From: Octopus vulgaris
Lineage: Eukaryota
DNA length: 64,000 bases
Reading direction: 5' to 3'
Assembly (NCBI GenBank): GCA_951406725.2
Contig: OX597816.1
Coordinates: 69,130,001-69,194,000, forward strand
In this document: positions 25,019-38,380 of the stretch, one piece after another
Numbering within the stretch: position 1 is the first letter of the stretch
How the letters are laid out: each line of letters starts with the position of its first letter
Translations under genes and position numbers: made by a program
The notes under the pieces: model-generated
Told to the model about the DNA's origin: nothing
What the model saw: the letters and a program-made list of their open reading frames with translations, nothing else
Database searches by the model: none

Positions 25019-26568
25019 ATTTTCGTGCCGATAAACATAGTCTTATATCCTCCGTCAGCTCCTTTTGATATTGTTATAGTTAGTTTTGTGCTTGTAATTG
25101 TAGTTGTTGTGGTTGTTCACTTTCTTCGTCGTCTTCTTATTTGTCCCTTCCTTCTCTCATTCTTTCTTTTGTTTCTTCCTAATATCACCTTCAACTCTTC
25201 GTAATCTTTCTCTTCAACCTATTCCTCGTCCTACTTCTCTTACTTGTTGTTGTTCTTCTTCTTCTTCTTGCATGCTACGTGAGAGATGAGAGTGAAATAA
25301 TATTCTTCTAATTTTTTTTTTCTTATAAATCTTTGCAAATTTCCTCAGTTGCTAAAGTGTCATGCAGATTGGTATGTGGTAATCGTTCCGAATCTCTACT
25401 TCTTGGAAACGACCCGGCCGAAATCAAACTTTCATTTCGTCGTTTCAAGGACAATAATGAGGTCACAAAACTTCTACTGGAAATGATTCCAGGAGCATTC
25501 TTTTCCTTCACTTTTCTTCCTGTCTGTCTGCCTGTCACCTTTTTTGGATGAAATCGACTGTTCACAGAACTTGAGAAAAATGGGTTTCGGTAAGTTCAGA
25601 AGGGTTCAAATCGTGACCCAAGTACTACTTCCGTATTTGAGGTCGCAAGCCAAGACAGGGTGAGGTAGATATTGCTTCAAATTTTGGCAAAAAGCTATCA
25701 GTTTAATGGGGAAGGGTTAATAGAAAACATCATCTCTCTCTACTTCGTTGGTGCGATATTTTATCTACCCCTAAGGGATGTAAAGCAAAACTGACCATGG
25801 CGGCATTTGAACTCAGAACGTAAAGAGCAGAAGAAATGCCGTGAAGCAATTTGGCCGGCCTGTCAAATATTGCTATATTCTTGACTGTGTTTATGTCTAT
25901 CTCAATAATTAATCTTTCAACGGCTTTACAGAAATGCTTACGCATCATTACATTCCCATCAGTGACAAATGAGATGTGAGACATATTCCTTTACTACGAC
26001 TAATATAATTCACTAAGTCAGTGCAATTCCTTAGATTTATAAATTTCTTCCGCACAATATTATTGTTTTATATAGCCATTATTAGTATCTAATATATTAT
26101 AGTAATACTTTATTTTCATATATTTCATTATATAAGTCTAAATGATCCAGATTAATTCAAGGCTCGCTGTGTGATCTCTTTCTTTGCCGAAAATTCGTAG
26201 TATTTTGAAATGTTATTTTCTTAGACAGTTAGAGGCTTGGATTTATACACAAACTACTTTTTCACCTTCCGTAGATGGTTCTAGATGGTCAGTGTTACGC
26301 GTAGATTAGCTTCGATACTTTGTTCTAGATCTGAGTCTATTAGGTGTCAACTAATAGAAAAAAACTTTCTTGAAACGCGTACCTCTTTATTTAGTCTTCT
26401 CCTTTTTTTTATATATAGCTTTCGTTGCATGAGTATGATGATGCCATACCGAAGGACCCTCTGAAACGATTTACTCGATCAAATCAATTTCGGTTCTTAT
26501 CTTATATCTGGTACAATTCGTGTAGAGTTCTTTTTGTCGGCTAGCTTCTTACTACAAAGCTACGCCTC

Positions 26569-26611
<43 letters not shown>

Positions 26612-26699
26612 ATGTATGTATGTATGTATGTATGTATCTCGTCTTCTAAATGTTTTACGTTCTTGTCCCAGTTTGTATTTTTCTACATATAATATATAT

Positions 26700-26908
26700 A
26701 CTCTTTTACTTGTTTCAGTCATTTGACTGTGGCCATGCTGGAGCACCACCTTTAGTCGAGCAAATTGACCACAGAACTTATTCTTTGTAGGCCTAGTACT
26801 TATTCTATCGGTCTCTTTTGCCGAACCGCTAAGTTACGGGACGTAAACACACCAGCATCGGTTATCAAGCGATGTTGGGGGGGGGGGGGACAAAAACACA
26901 CACACACC

Positions 26909-26935
<27 letters not shown>
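26700..26935 (-). mobile_element. SINE A 3' half
   Basis: ctcttttacttgtttcagtcatttgactgtggccatgctggagcacc... up to the internal CA/TA tract. Confidence 0.9.
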
Positions 26936-26940
<5 letters not shown>

Positions 26941-27120
26941 GTTTTTCATCCGTCTTCCCTTCTCTGGATCTTTTCTTTTCCTATGTTTCTGACGAAGAGC
27001 TCCGCTCGAATCGTTAAACCCTCCTTCTTCCCTTCCTTCCTGAGCGTCCAATAATACTATATTTGTTCCACGTCCTCACGTTGTTGTGTTTTCTCTTTGT
27101 GTTTTCATGTTTGGATTAAC
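26941..27120 (+). mobile_element. Short hammerhead-bearing repeat (copy of 5680-5855)
   Basis: gttt-CTGACGA-agagctccgctc-GAAT-CGTT-aaac at 26985-27019. Perfect stem I, one core substitution. Confidence 0.75.
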
Positions 27121-27651
27121 TTAGATAGATAAATAGTTTCATTTCATGTTTTAGAGTTTAAACTGTAATTCGTTTATAAACTATAGAACACGATATAAAA
27201 CTATAAATACTTATATGCCAACATGGATAGATTTATCTTAGAGTTCTAGATTGTATAGTCAATTTCCATCATGTCTATTTTTTGCTACCCTGTTTTGTAC
27301 CAGTCTGAATCCGTTACCTACTGGACACACCATCGGACAATAGTCTTGTTCAGGATGGCTATTAAGCCAGAAATAAGGGGTTACGGCTGTCCTCCTATCT
27401 CCTCGCATTAAACCTAACACATTCTTTAATGGCAAGTCAGTTTGGAATATTATTTCCACTTTTTAAGTAAGGATGGTGATGATTGTCGTTTGTCTAGAAG
27501 ACATTGTATATTCAAGAAATAAAGAATTTATGTTGCGCGTTGTTTAATATGCTAGCACTTGTCATGTTATTGATATACATATCACTGTCAATTTCATCTT
27601 ATTTCTCTTAGCCTATCTATGTATCTATATATATATATATATATATATATG

Positions 27652-27682
<31 letters not shown>

Positions 27683-27899
27683 ATTATATATATATATATA
27701 TATACATATATATATACATACATATATATATCTACCAACTTACCTACATATGTGAACGTGCGTGTGTTTGTGTGTTTGTATGTGTATATATTATGTATGT
27801 ATATGTGTATCCTATGTATGTGTGCGTTTGTCCATATATACAAATATATGCTAATATATTACGCTATACACTTCTAAGAAATTTACATGTATGTATAGC

Positions 27900-28062
27900 C
27901 ACTAAACCAGTTTTTATTTTTCTCCCTCTTTATTTCTGTGTACCATTCTGTCGAAGAGCGTAGGCTCAAAACGTAAAAGGTTTTCTCACTTTGCGAGCGT
28001 TAAAATAATACATTTGTTTGTTGTTTACACATCCGTCTTTGTCTCTTTTTTTGTGTGGATTC

Positions 28063-28066
<4 letters not shown>
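27900..28066 (+). mobile_element. Related hammerhead-bearing repeat, degenerate
   Basis: ccatt-CTGTCGA-agagc gtag gctc-AAAA-CGTA-aaagg at 27943-27980. Downstream gagcgt..aata and cttgt/gtcttt tail shared with 5680, 26941 and 38600. Ends at (TA)n. Confidence 0.55.
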
Positions 28067-28105
<39 letters not shown>

Positions 28106-28339
28106 GGGTGTGTGTATGTATATATATTTATAAATGGGGGTGTGTATGTATATATAATATGCATTTATGTATATGCGTGCGTATTTTTGTGTGCATGCGT
28201 GTATCTTCAGGATTATGTTTATGCATATGTGTGAAAGTGACTGTGTATATATGAAATAGTTGTGTTCTAAATATAATGTATCTTCGCCATTATGGGTTAT
28301 AACCCGTGTTCAACGTTCTTTATATATTTTCACATTTTA

Positions 28340-28560
28340 TGGCGGTGACCTGGCAGAAACGATTTCACGCTAGACAAAATGCTTAGCAGTATTTCGTCTG
28401 CCGCAATGTTCTGAGTTCAAATTCCGCCGAAGTCGACTTTGCCTTTCATCCTTTCGAGTTCGATAAATTAAGTACTAGTTGTGTACTGGGGTCGATCTAA
28501 TCGACTGCCCCTTCTCCAAAAATTTCGGGCCTTGTGCCGTCTGGAGAGGAAAAGTATATT
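28340..28560 (+). mobile_element. SINE B, full length
   Basis: ggcggtgacctggcagaaacg...gttcaaattccgccgaagtcgactttgcctttcatcc...gggccttgtgcc. Confidence 0.9.
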
Positions 28561-30007
28561 TTTCACCTTTCTTATTACTTTTCTCTTCTTTTCACCTTTT
28601 ATTTCTCACCATCTGGCTCTCTAAGTTCCTCTCTATCTGTCACTCTGTATGTCTATCGGTGTACCTATGCATCTATATTTAGAGTCTCTTTTTTATTCAC
28701 CGAGTATTTTTTACCTTCCTGTTCTCTCTCCCTCTCTGTTCCACTTTCTTTCTCTATCTGTCTATTTAATTTCTCTCTCTCTCAGACACACACAAACCTA
28801 GAAACATACACAAACATAGAGCGACATGTTTTAAGTATATTCTGTTTACGCCATTGACATGCTTCATAAAATTCTTTCCCTTTGCGGCTATAAACTAAAA
28901 TTAATTAGAGTTTCCATACAGATTTCGATCATAAAAATTTGATCAAAATTTTGGCACATTATAAATTTCGATAAATTTTCAAGAAGTCTCTCAAAAACAA
29001 TTATAAAACTAGGTATGTATTTACTCTGATATGGCTGTGTTGATTAAAAGTGTCCAACATCAGTTGCTTCCCTTTCTAATATAGGTGTAACATTTTAGCA
29101 CTGGGCCAGCAATTTCTGGGGAAGAATTAAGTCGATTGCATCGATCCCATTCCTCAACTTTATCGATCCAGAAGGGTGAAAGTCAAAGTCGACATCGGAT
29201 GAATCCGAACACAGGACCGTCGAAATGTCTGTCGCTAAGAATTTTATCTAGCATGCGAACGATTCTGCCTGGTTGCAGTTTTCTATATTCTCCAGTAAGA
29301 ATGACATTGCATTTAGTTCTTTCGTAAACACTTCTCTCTTATTCCCATTTCAAACATCTTATGACATAGGTTTACAAATTTGACAGTACCATGGTCAAAT
29401 TTCTGTAGGTAATATTGAAATTAGAATTCCTAGAATTCTTACATTCATTTATACTGTGCCTCTCACTAGATTAATTTAGTCGATCAAATCGGCAACAATA
29501 ACGATTATTTTTAAAGCCTCGTGCTTATTTTGTCTTTTGGATTTTGCGAAACTGTAAAGCTACGGAGCTGCAGTTATGTAAACATAGGCAAACTGTGCGT
29601 TGAAGTGTCAGAGACAAACACAAACGTATCAGTCGCATTCGCATGCACGTAAGCAGCAAGCTTTCGCACAGTCGTCCTCTTTGAAGATGATTGAGAAGGC
29701 ACTGATAGTCAGGCCATAATTGGAAATGAAACTTACCAGACATCCCTCCAATATGAAGTGACCATGAAACTGACCACGAAATCATATTTACGAAGCGAAC
29801 TTCTTAATCGTCCTACCTATCTATACCTGTACAATGAAATGTGATATACTTTAAAACTTTCTGCCGAGTTCTTTTTTTTTTTTTTCTAAATATAAAATAT
29901 CGGTTTCCCATATTTATAATAAATCTAAAATTGACTTCCTCCGAAATATTAGAACTATTTCACGTCACTTGTTTTTATATAGTGCAATTAGTTAAGTTTT
30001 AATTAGC

Positions 30008-31007
30008 CCATCGAACCACATGGTTCCGGTTTCAGTCCCACAGCGTGGCACAATGGGCAAGTGCCTTCTACTATGGCCTCGGGCCGACCAAAGCCTTGTG
30101 AGTGGATTTCGTCGAGGGAAACTGAAAGAAGCCCGTCGTATGTATGTGTGTTTTTCTGTGTGTTTGTCCCCCCAACATCGCTTGACAACCGATGCTGGTG
30201 TGTTTACGTCCCCGTGACTTAGCGGTTCGGCAAAAGATATCGACAGAAAAAAGTACTTGCCTTTATTTCATGTCCTTTCATTTCTGGTTAGAGGAGATTG
30301 GCACAAACAGTTCTCTATATCATCATTGAATTTTGATATTCTTTATATGCATGCCTCAAGTTGCGCTACTACGACATAAATTTTTATAAGCTTCTTTACT
30401 GCGTATTTGCTTCTGTACAATAGTGTACAGTCTTCGAAACGATACCGGTATGCTTCAGTAGTTTTCTTCTCATCAACAAGATTCTCTGTTCGGCCCTTCT
30501 AAGTAACACCTTAGGCGAATTACCTTTTGCGTTTTGGTTTAGGTTGATTGATACAATGTTGGCGAGATTTACGTCACAGAAACTGCAAAAATCGAAATAT
30601 GCATGAATATTCTTTTATTCTTTTACTGGATTCAATAATTTGACTGCGGTCATGATGGAGCACCACGTTTTCGTCGAGCAAATCGACCCCAGGACTTATT
30701 CTTTATAAGCCTAGTACTTATTCTATTGGTCTCTTTTCGCCGAACCGCTAAGTTACGGGAAGGTAAATACACCAGCATCGGATGCCAAGCGATGTTGGCG
30801 GGGGTGGGGAGAGGAAGACATACATAAATATATATAATACTTATATATTTATATATACTAAATATATAAGTTTTCTTTGTTATTTTGCACATTACTTAAT
30901 CATCGTTATATGTTTTATCTTATATTTAATCTTTCTATAATATGTAATTTTTCTAAATGGTATAATTTAATTTTTCATTATTGAATTGATAAAAGGTGTT
31001 TTTTTTC

Positions 31008-31068
<61 letters not shown>

Positions 31069-31226
31069 GATGGGATTCTTTCAGTTCCCGTCTACCAAAT
31101 CCACTCACAAGGCTTCGGTCGGTCCGAGGCTATAGTAGAAGACACTTACCCAAGGTGCCACGCAGTGGAACTGAACCGGGAATCGTGTGGTTGGTAAACA
31201 AGCTACTTACCACACAGCCTCTCCTG
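30008..31226. mobile_element. SINE A copies: 30008-30260 (+), and 30612-31226 (-) with an AT-rich insert in its internal microsatellite
   Basis: Matches to the 63082-63500 copy. The minus copy is split by ~30830-31010. Confidence 0.85.
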
Positions 31227-31546
31227 TATACGCGTCTATACTTATGTGTGCGTGCGTGTTTCTTATACAGTTCTATGTCGATAGAAGACGAAAGAATAAA
31301 GAAGAAATTTAATAAACCAGTTGTTTCGATTAAAAAGAAAATCAACATTGTTCCATCTGAGTTGCCAAACAGCTACAGCTTTTATTAAGCAACTGCATAA
31401 TCAAATGCGTAAGGCTCTTGTGTATTCACCCGACATAGTTAATTTTCTGAGCTCATTAGAATTTGTTAATCAATCTCGTTTTTATAAGTTTGACGCCATC
31501 GATTATACAATAACCTTTGAAATAATTCGACTGTAGTAAGAATATA

Positions 31547-31790
31547 GTGGAGGCGCGTGGATTAGTGGTTAGGGGGTAGGGTCCATGATCGTACAATTGT
31601 GGTTTAGATTCCTGGATTGGGTGACACGTTGTGTTCTTGAGCAAAACATTTCATTTCACTTTGTTCCAGTCCATTCAGCTGGTAAAAATTGAGTAATCTT
31701 GCGATGGACTGGCGACCAGCCCAAGTGGGTAATTTATACACCATGGGAACCGGCCCTTATGAGTCGGCATCACTCGATAATTTAACAGCC
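31547..31790 (+). mobile_element. SINE family C (tRNA head, ttgtgttcttgagcaa box)
   Basis: ggcgcgtggattagtggttag A-box, ggtttagattcc B-box, 3' gaaccggcccttatgag shared with 60655-60961. Related heads at 32240-32468, 38790-39131, 59436-59635 and 62480-62680 (all minus). Confidence 0.8.
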
Positions 31791-32804
31791 GACCCCACCC
31801 ACTTTTTTTTCTTCTTAAGCTTCAATATAACTTCTTGGAAGGAATTTCATCTCAGAACACGGAATGCAGGGTCTTATACAGCAACACATCTCATACAACA
31901 GCCCCAGAAAATCACCAAATACCCGTCGAAGATGAGTTCATGATTACTCATGTCCGAAAACATGAAAAGCGTGCTTTACCATGGCGTAATTGGGATTCAT
32001 ACACTGGAAGCCGGAATAAATACATCAAGGAATCGCATCCGATGGCCTAACTTCTGTGAGATTTAATAAGCAATTTAGTCAGTCTCAAAATTGCTTTAAA
32101 TTCCATCTCTGCGTATCGCAAATAGGTCATATTGGAACAATAAGTATACAATTGACATTCTCTGGATTAATAACTTACGAATTACTGGGTCGAAGGCATT
32201 GCATATATATATATTGCACATATATATATATATGCGTGCAAGTGTCTGAGCACTCCACAATCACGCGTACCCTTAACGTAGTTCCCGGGAAGCTTCAGCA
32301 TAAATGTGACAAGATTGTAACAAGACCTCGTCTTTGAAGCATAGATACAAGTCATTTTCCCCGAGCTGAGTGGACTGCAGCAACTTGAAATAAAGTGTCT
32401 TGCTCAAGAACACAACACGCCATCGGGATTCGGACTCATATCTTAACCACTAAGTAACACGCCTTCACACACACACATATTCAGTGAAGGTAAACTGTTC
32501 ATACGATATTCGAAGAAAATATATATATAACTCTATTGTAGGGTATGACCAGGAAGGCTACGCTGCCTATCAGATATAATGCTGTATATGTTGCGAAACT
32601 TTCAATATGATAGATATATGATAAGTTAATAAATTTCCCTTAATATCAAATAGTCAATGTTTCAGATATTGCAGATTATATCCTTTAGATTATACGTGAA
32701 GTTTTCGCTTGCCTTCATTTTCATTTCACCATTGTATAGTACTGAATAAAAGCTGATACTACACATTCCCTAAATTTCTAAGCTTCAATAATTTGGATAT
32801 AATC

Positions 32805-34296
32805 ATTTCTATAATAGGAACAAGGTCTGAGATTTTTATGAGGCAAGGTCGGGTCGTTTAAATCGACGCCAGTGTTCAACGAGTACTTATTTTATTCATC
32901 TCAAAATAACGAAAGGTAAAGTCACCTCAGCAAAATTTCCCACTCAAAATGTAAAAGCTGACGAATTGTGGCTAAGCATTTTCACTGGCGTGATAACTAT
33001 CGTACCGGGTCGCCGCCATATATTTTGCATATAATTTATTTTTTTATATACAGCCAGGCCTATTCCCCATTTTTTAGGAGGGAGTAGACACAACAAAACA
33101 CATACAGTAATCATTCCATTCATTTCCCAGCTCAAAGAGGCGAGCCCCGTCCTATGCTCGGACCAAGGCATAGAATGCAAACCCCAATATCAGCAGCGGG
33201 GCCCGACAGTATATACCGGTTTACTTCCGCTGCATCAAAATTGGATATAATATTCTTTTCTACTCATGGCATAAGGCACAACATTTTGGGGGAGGGAATT
33301 AAATCGATTAGATCGACCCCTGTACGCGACTTATACTTAATTTATAAAGTATGAAAGGCAAAGCCGACCTCGGCGGAATTTGAACTCAGAACGTAAAGAC
33401 AGACGAAATACTGCTAAGCATTTCGCCCGGCGTGCTAACGTTTCTTATTTCTTTACTGCCCACAAGGGGCTACACACAGAGGGGACAAACAAGGACAGAC
33501 AAACGGATTAAGTCGATTATATCGACCCCAGTACGTAACTGGTACTTATCTAATCGCCCCCGAAAGGATGAAAGGCAAAGTCGACCATGGCGGAATTTGA
33601 TTTCTGAACGTAACGGCAGACGAAATACCTATTTCTTTACTACCCACAAGAGCTAAACACAGAGAGGACAAACAAGGACAGACACACGGATTAAGTCAAT
33701 TACATCGACCCTAGTGCATAACTGGTACTTATTTAATAGACCCCGAAATGATGAAAAGCAAAGTCGACGTCGGTGGAATTTGAACTCGGAACGTAGCGTC
33801 AGAAGATATACCGTTAAGCATTTCGCCCGGCGCGCTAACAATTCTGCCAGCTCGCCGCCTTGGATATAATATTGATGTAAAAGATGGCGAGCTGACAGAA
33901 TCGTTAACAGGCCGGGCGAAATATTTAGCGGCATTTCGTCAGTCATTACGTTCTAATTTCGACTCTGCCTTCATCATAGAGAGGTCGATGAAATAAGTAC
34001 CAGTTTCGCACTGGATTCGATGTAATTGACTTGCCTCCTTCGACGCAAATTTCAACCCTCGTACCTATAGTAGAAAGGATATAATATTAGTTTCAAATTT
34101 CGGCACAAGGCCATCGATTTCGGGAGAGGGGAAAGGTCAATTGCATCGTCCCCAGTACTGAACTGCTACTTATTTAATTGACCTCGGGAGGATGAAAGTG
34201 AACCTCGGCGGAATTTGAACTCAGAACACCAAAACGGAGGAAATGCTGCTAAGCATGTTTCTCAGTCTACTAAAGATTCTGCCAATTCACCGCCTT
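32805..34296. mobile_element. Dense SINE B cluster: 32805-33018 (-), nested trimer 33255-33859 (-), 33886-34080 (+), 34090-34296 (-)
   Basis: Repeated SINE B heads and cores. ttggatataatatt is duplicated at 33241 and 33860. Confidence 0.9.
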
Positions 34297-34902
34297 TTAG
34301 AAAGTGTATAATATTGATGTAAGAATGGGAGAAGACTGTTGTATTGGCGGAATATATGTGAGCGTCAGCCGAGGTGCCTTCTCATGTTTTTGTACATCTC
34401 TTTATATACGGTGTTTAAATCCTACCGATGTGTATTTTGCACAACGTTACCGCCCTTGTGCCGACTAAATAAATGATAAGGTAAGGAAAGATCGGGTCAG
34501 TGTAATCGATCTATTTTGGGTATGTGTTAGTGTTAGTAACAATTATAAATGGATTGGCTTCTGTTTTTTTTTTCTTTTGGAAGTGATCGATTTTGTTTCC
34601 AAATTTTTTCTACTGAGGTATATTTGCACGATAATTACGAAAATCATTTTTATCTTTTAAAAACAGACTAACCGTTTTTGAGGTTACGTAATTTTATTGA
34701 TATTTAACTAGCTACTCTTATCACTACAAAAAAAAAATTAAAGAAGTTGCTTCAACTAGACATGTGCTGTCCAGCACACGGGTGAACTTCTTTGAACAGT
34801 GCTATGATCAAAGATATTCCAACTATGGTGAACACGTTTATACTCTCTCTTTCTCTCTCTCCCTCTCTCTCGCACGAGCGCACATACAAACACGCACAAG
34901 TG

Positions 34903-34933
<31 letters not shown>

Positions 34934-36869
34934 GTAAATTATCTTAAGTTTCCAGTTTCTGAAACATGGCTGGCTTTGATTTGAGATTTAACTTCTCATA
35001 TATAGAGCCCTAACACACACTCACACACACACAAGTACACACTTGCCGAACAGTTTTTTACGTCGAAAAGAAGGAACAACTATGATATGGTCTCTCTTAA
35101 AGAAATACACGTTATGGTTTAGGCAGCTAAAGGTTCCTTGCAAGTATTTACGTATTTTGTAGCTAAATCAACAGATACGATAAATACAAAAGCACAGTTG
35201 AAGAAGGAGAAGAAGAAGAAGGGAAACCAAGTCAAAAACTGATATTGAAACTGTATCATAAAAAAATATATTCAGTGTTTCTAGTTTATAAATGGTTGAA
35301 ATAAAGTTAGTTTTCGGCCCATTCAAAACATAGGGTTGCTCAAATCTAGCTAACAACACAATCACCTTCAGAATAAACAAATATTTTCAAATTATGTATT
35401 CAATTAACTGGTCTAAATGAGAGAATATTTGTAGGATTTTTCAGACTGGAAGAAAGATAAATGGTTCGATTATCCTCAGGAAACTGGACAAATCTGACGA
35501 AAACGAAATGTCATTTATAGTTGTTAAGTCAGACAACAGTTAACCATTCACCAAATCATTTGCTCGAAGAGGGATTTGCTCAGTTTTCGCCTAAACAATC
35601 CCCCCCCCCAAAGGCTTGTCTTCTAATTGCGGAACAGAAGACCGTCTTCCATTGCACACACAACGTCAAACATCTGCCACTAATCCAAGTAATACCGACA
35701 ATTTTTTTCATAAGCTATTGCCTTGTTCTTGATGAAGGTGTTTCTATTTCAATCTATGTATTCTTAATCACTGCTGTCCTACACTTTCTTAGTTGAAATC
35801 TACTCACATACAGCGTTGTGAATCATCTATTAACTTACAAAACCCCACCTTTTCTAGAAATAGTGTTATCATCGTGTCGGCAGAGATCCCTGTGGAATCA
35901 TATACTTCAGAAACAAAAGTGGCAATTTCATATTGCTTCCCTGTGTGAAAAGCATCCCAGTAATAAGAATGTTTCGTTAAGCCGAACTACATTCCAGGAT
36001 TAGGAACATGCTACCTCATTGCTATATCGCTTTAGAACTCGAACACTTCTTTCACATACACAAATATTAAGAACTCTTTAGACCGTTAAGAAATATTTTG
36101 TCCCACCTCTATACATTAATTCCATTGCTCTGCGGAAAATATACACGACGATGCACGTTAGTGTCAATGTCTAACTCATTGTTGTTGTTCAATTTCAGAT
36201 GTATAAAAGCCACAGAGACATTCAAGGTGTTATTGTTATGTAGCAGTAGATTACCTTCACGCTGCAAAAGTTTTCTCCAACAATGTGTAGTTTCTGCACA
36301 AATGACAGTCGTGAGTGTCATGTAAACCTGATGTTTAATATCGATCCTAATTTGAGACCATACTCCTTTCAAGGCGAACAATGCATTTTCGACATCTCTT
36401 TATCTTACGCTAATGAAATTTGACAGATCTTCTGACGATTTCAATGACGAGAGTTCAACATTTTTGATTATCCGAATTAATTATTAATTAACTTGTAACG
36501 GAAAAGACTGACTATTCCCCAGATAGGTACTCACTCGAAGTAACTTCTTGACATAATCATTATAATATTACGCGTGAATTAGTTGAAATTACAAAGTCTA
36601 GCCTCATATCCTTCTTCATTGAATAGTCTTTCGTTGCACGAAGGCTGTTACATGACACTAACCGAGCACAAGCATATCAAAAGTTAAGCTCATAATTTCC
36701 TAACATTTCCCAAGAAATATTGTCAGTATCAGGTAAAAAAAAAACCCCCAAAAAGAACAGAAGCATGTCATTGATCTTATGTATGTATTTATAACTTAAC
36801 CTTATGTACTTTCTAAAATATCTGACGAAACCTAGACAAACACCCAAGTACCTCAATTTCTTCGGCTAA

Positions 36870-37129
36870 TTAATTCACTCTACTGGAGGGATAAAGGTAG
36901 AAGGAGGTATTTTTGCCTCTTGGCTAAAACAGCTGTAAGATATTTTCCCAATTTCGCTTCCTGTATGTTATATATTTTAATAATTACTGACATCTTTATA
37001 TATTATATATGTAAAGCATAATATGTTATACATGTATGCATATTGTTGTAAGTGTCATTTCAGTAAATAAATAAATAAGCAATGTCTAAAAGTTGATGAA
37101 TACCGCCTATTGATCCCCTCCATTTTCTT

Positions 37130-37130
<1 letters not shown>
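36870..37130 (+). mobile_element. Possible Penelope-like 3' remnant
   Basis: AAAACAGCTGTAaga (36926-36940) matches the stem III/cleavage region of the 3495-3538 motif. Ends at (TA)n. First core box not recognisable. Confidence 0.3.
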
Positions 37131-37162
<32 letters not shown>

Positions 37163-37409
37163 ATTCCATATGTATACATCCAGTATGTTCTTTAGAGCCA
37201 AATGCTTCAATGAATTTCAAATTAAAATCTGATCCTTTAACCCGGATAGATTCGAAGTAATAAGAGTGCTATTAGCAAATTCCAAATGAGGAGGTGGGAG
37301 ATAATAAGATAGATAAACACAGCTTAAAACTTGCAAAAGTGTGAATATATGTACCAAGCCAAGGTCTGTTTATTTACTATGTCTCTCTATTACTGCCCTC
37401 TGTATGTAA

Positions 37410-37800
37410 TCTCGCTATATATAAAACTGAGAATGTCTGTCTGTCTGTCTGTCTCCCTAAAACTTGAGAACTACACAACCAATTTCATTAAAATTTTACA
37501 TATGTCTTACTTAGGGTACTTAACTTTTTGTCTAGGGCGAGCCCACAGCAATATCATATCTTCTCCACTACGATTCCCTAAAACTTGAGAACTACACAAC
37601 CAATTTCATTCAAATTTTACACATGCCTTACTTAGGGTCCATGTAGTTTCATGGGCAAAAAAATGTTCAACTTCTTGCCTAGAGCGAGCCCATAGCAATA
37701 TCATATCTTCTCCACTATTTCAGTATTATGTGTTAAAAGTGAAAAAAAACATTTCTCTATTTTATGTCCGATACTTTCACTTTAACAATAAAAATAATAA
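37410..37800 (+). mobile_element. Non-autonomous Helitron 5' part with internal tandem duplication
   Basis: A|TCtcgctatatataaaactgagaat(GTCT)n start. tccctaaaacttgagaactacacaaccaatttcatt occurs twice (37454, 37575). Confidence 0.65.
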
Positions 37801-38029
37801 TAACAATTGAATTATATGTAGTAAGTAATAATTAAAATCAAACTAAAGTATAATATAATCGTAACATAACAAAAGTAAAAATAGCAATTGGTATAAAATT
37901 GCATCAATGACTTGAACTTGAATAAGTTGTTTCACATGAATGGGAATAAATTAAAAATAAAATTAGTGTGCAGAAATGGAATAGTCCAGATGGATAATAA
38001 AAAATTAAATTAAAGAAAATACTATTGTC

Positions 38030-38380
38030 TATAAAGTATACAATGTAGAGGAAAAAGATTTGAATACCTGGAGGAAAGCAGCATCGAAAAGTGTCTTGGT
38101 GCGACTATGAAAGATATCTAACGAGAGGCGGTAAATTCGCCACAATAGAAGCAAGGTTCGAGTCAAAGGAGCATGCAAGGGAGTACTCGACTCGAACTTG
38201 CAAAGTGGAAATATCTTATTTTTACCTTTATATCTGGGACGTAGGATGTCCCGGATAAAAATTAAAAATGCCACCCCCCAATAGCAGTAGAGGTAGGCTG
38301 GATTGTAGCCACACTTCTATACAAGAGGGAGGACAAGATAAAATTGATCGAAATTGCAAGAGACGGGCTCACAATTCCAG
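38030..38380 (+). pseudogene. ORF1-like fragment homologous to 52326-52664 (probable L1/Tx1)
   Basis: LQSGNILFLPLYLGRRMSRIKIKN..VEVGWIVATLL aligns with LRTDEIVLLPVYHGRRASRVRVED..VDVAWLVAAILL. Confidence 0.6.

Noticed and set aside
31547-31625. Possible tRNA genes at SINE heads (also 39055-39131, 59560-59635, 60885-60961)
   Set aside because: A and B boxes are present but they run straight into SINE bodies and do not give a clean cloverleaf.
35520-36050. Possible decayed LINE endonuclease on the minus strand (LNETF, KGGVL)
   Set aside because: Too degenerate to support without a profile search.
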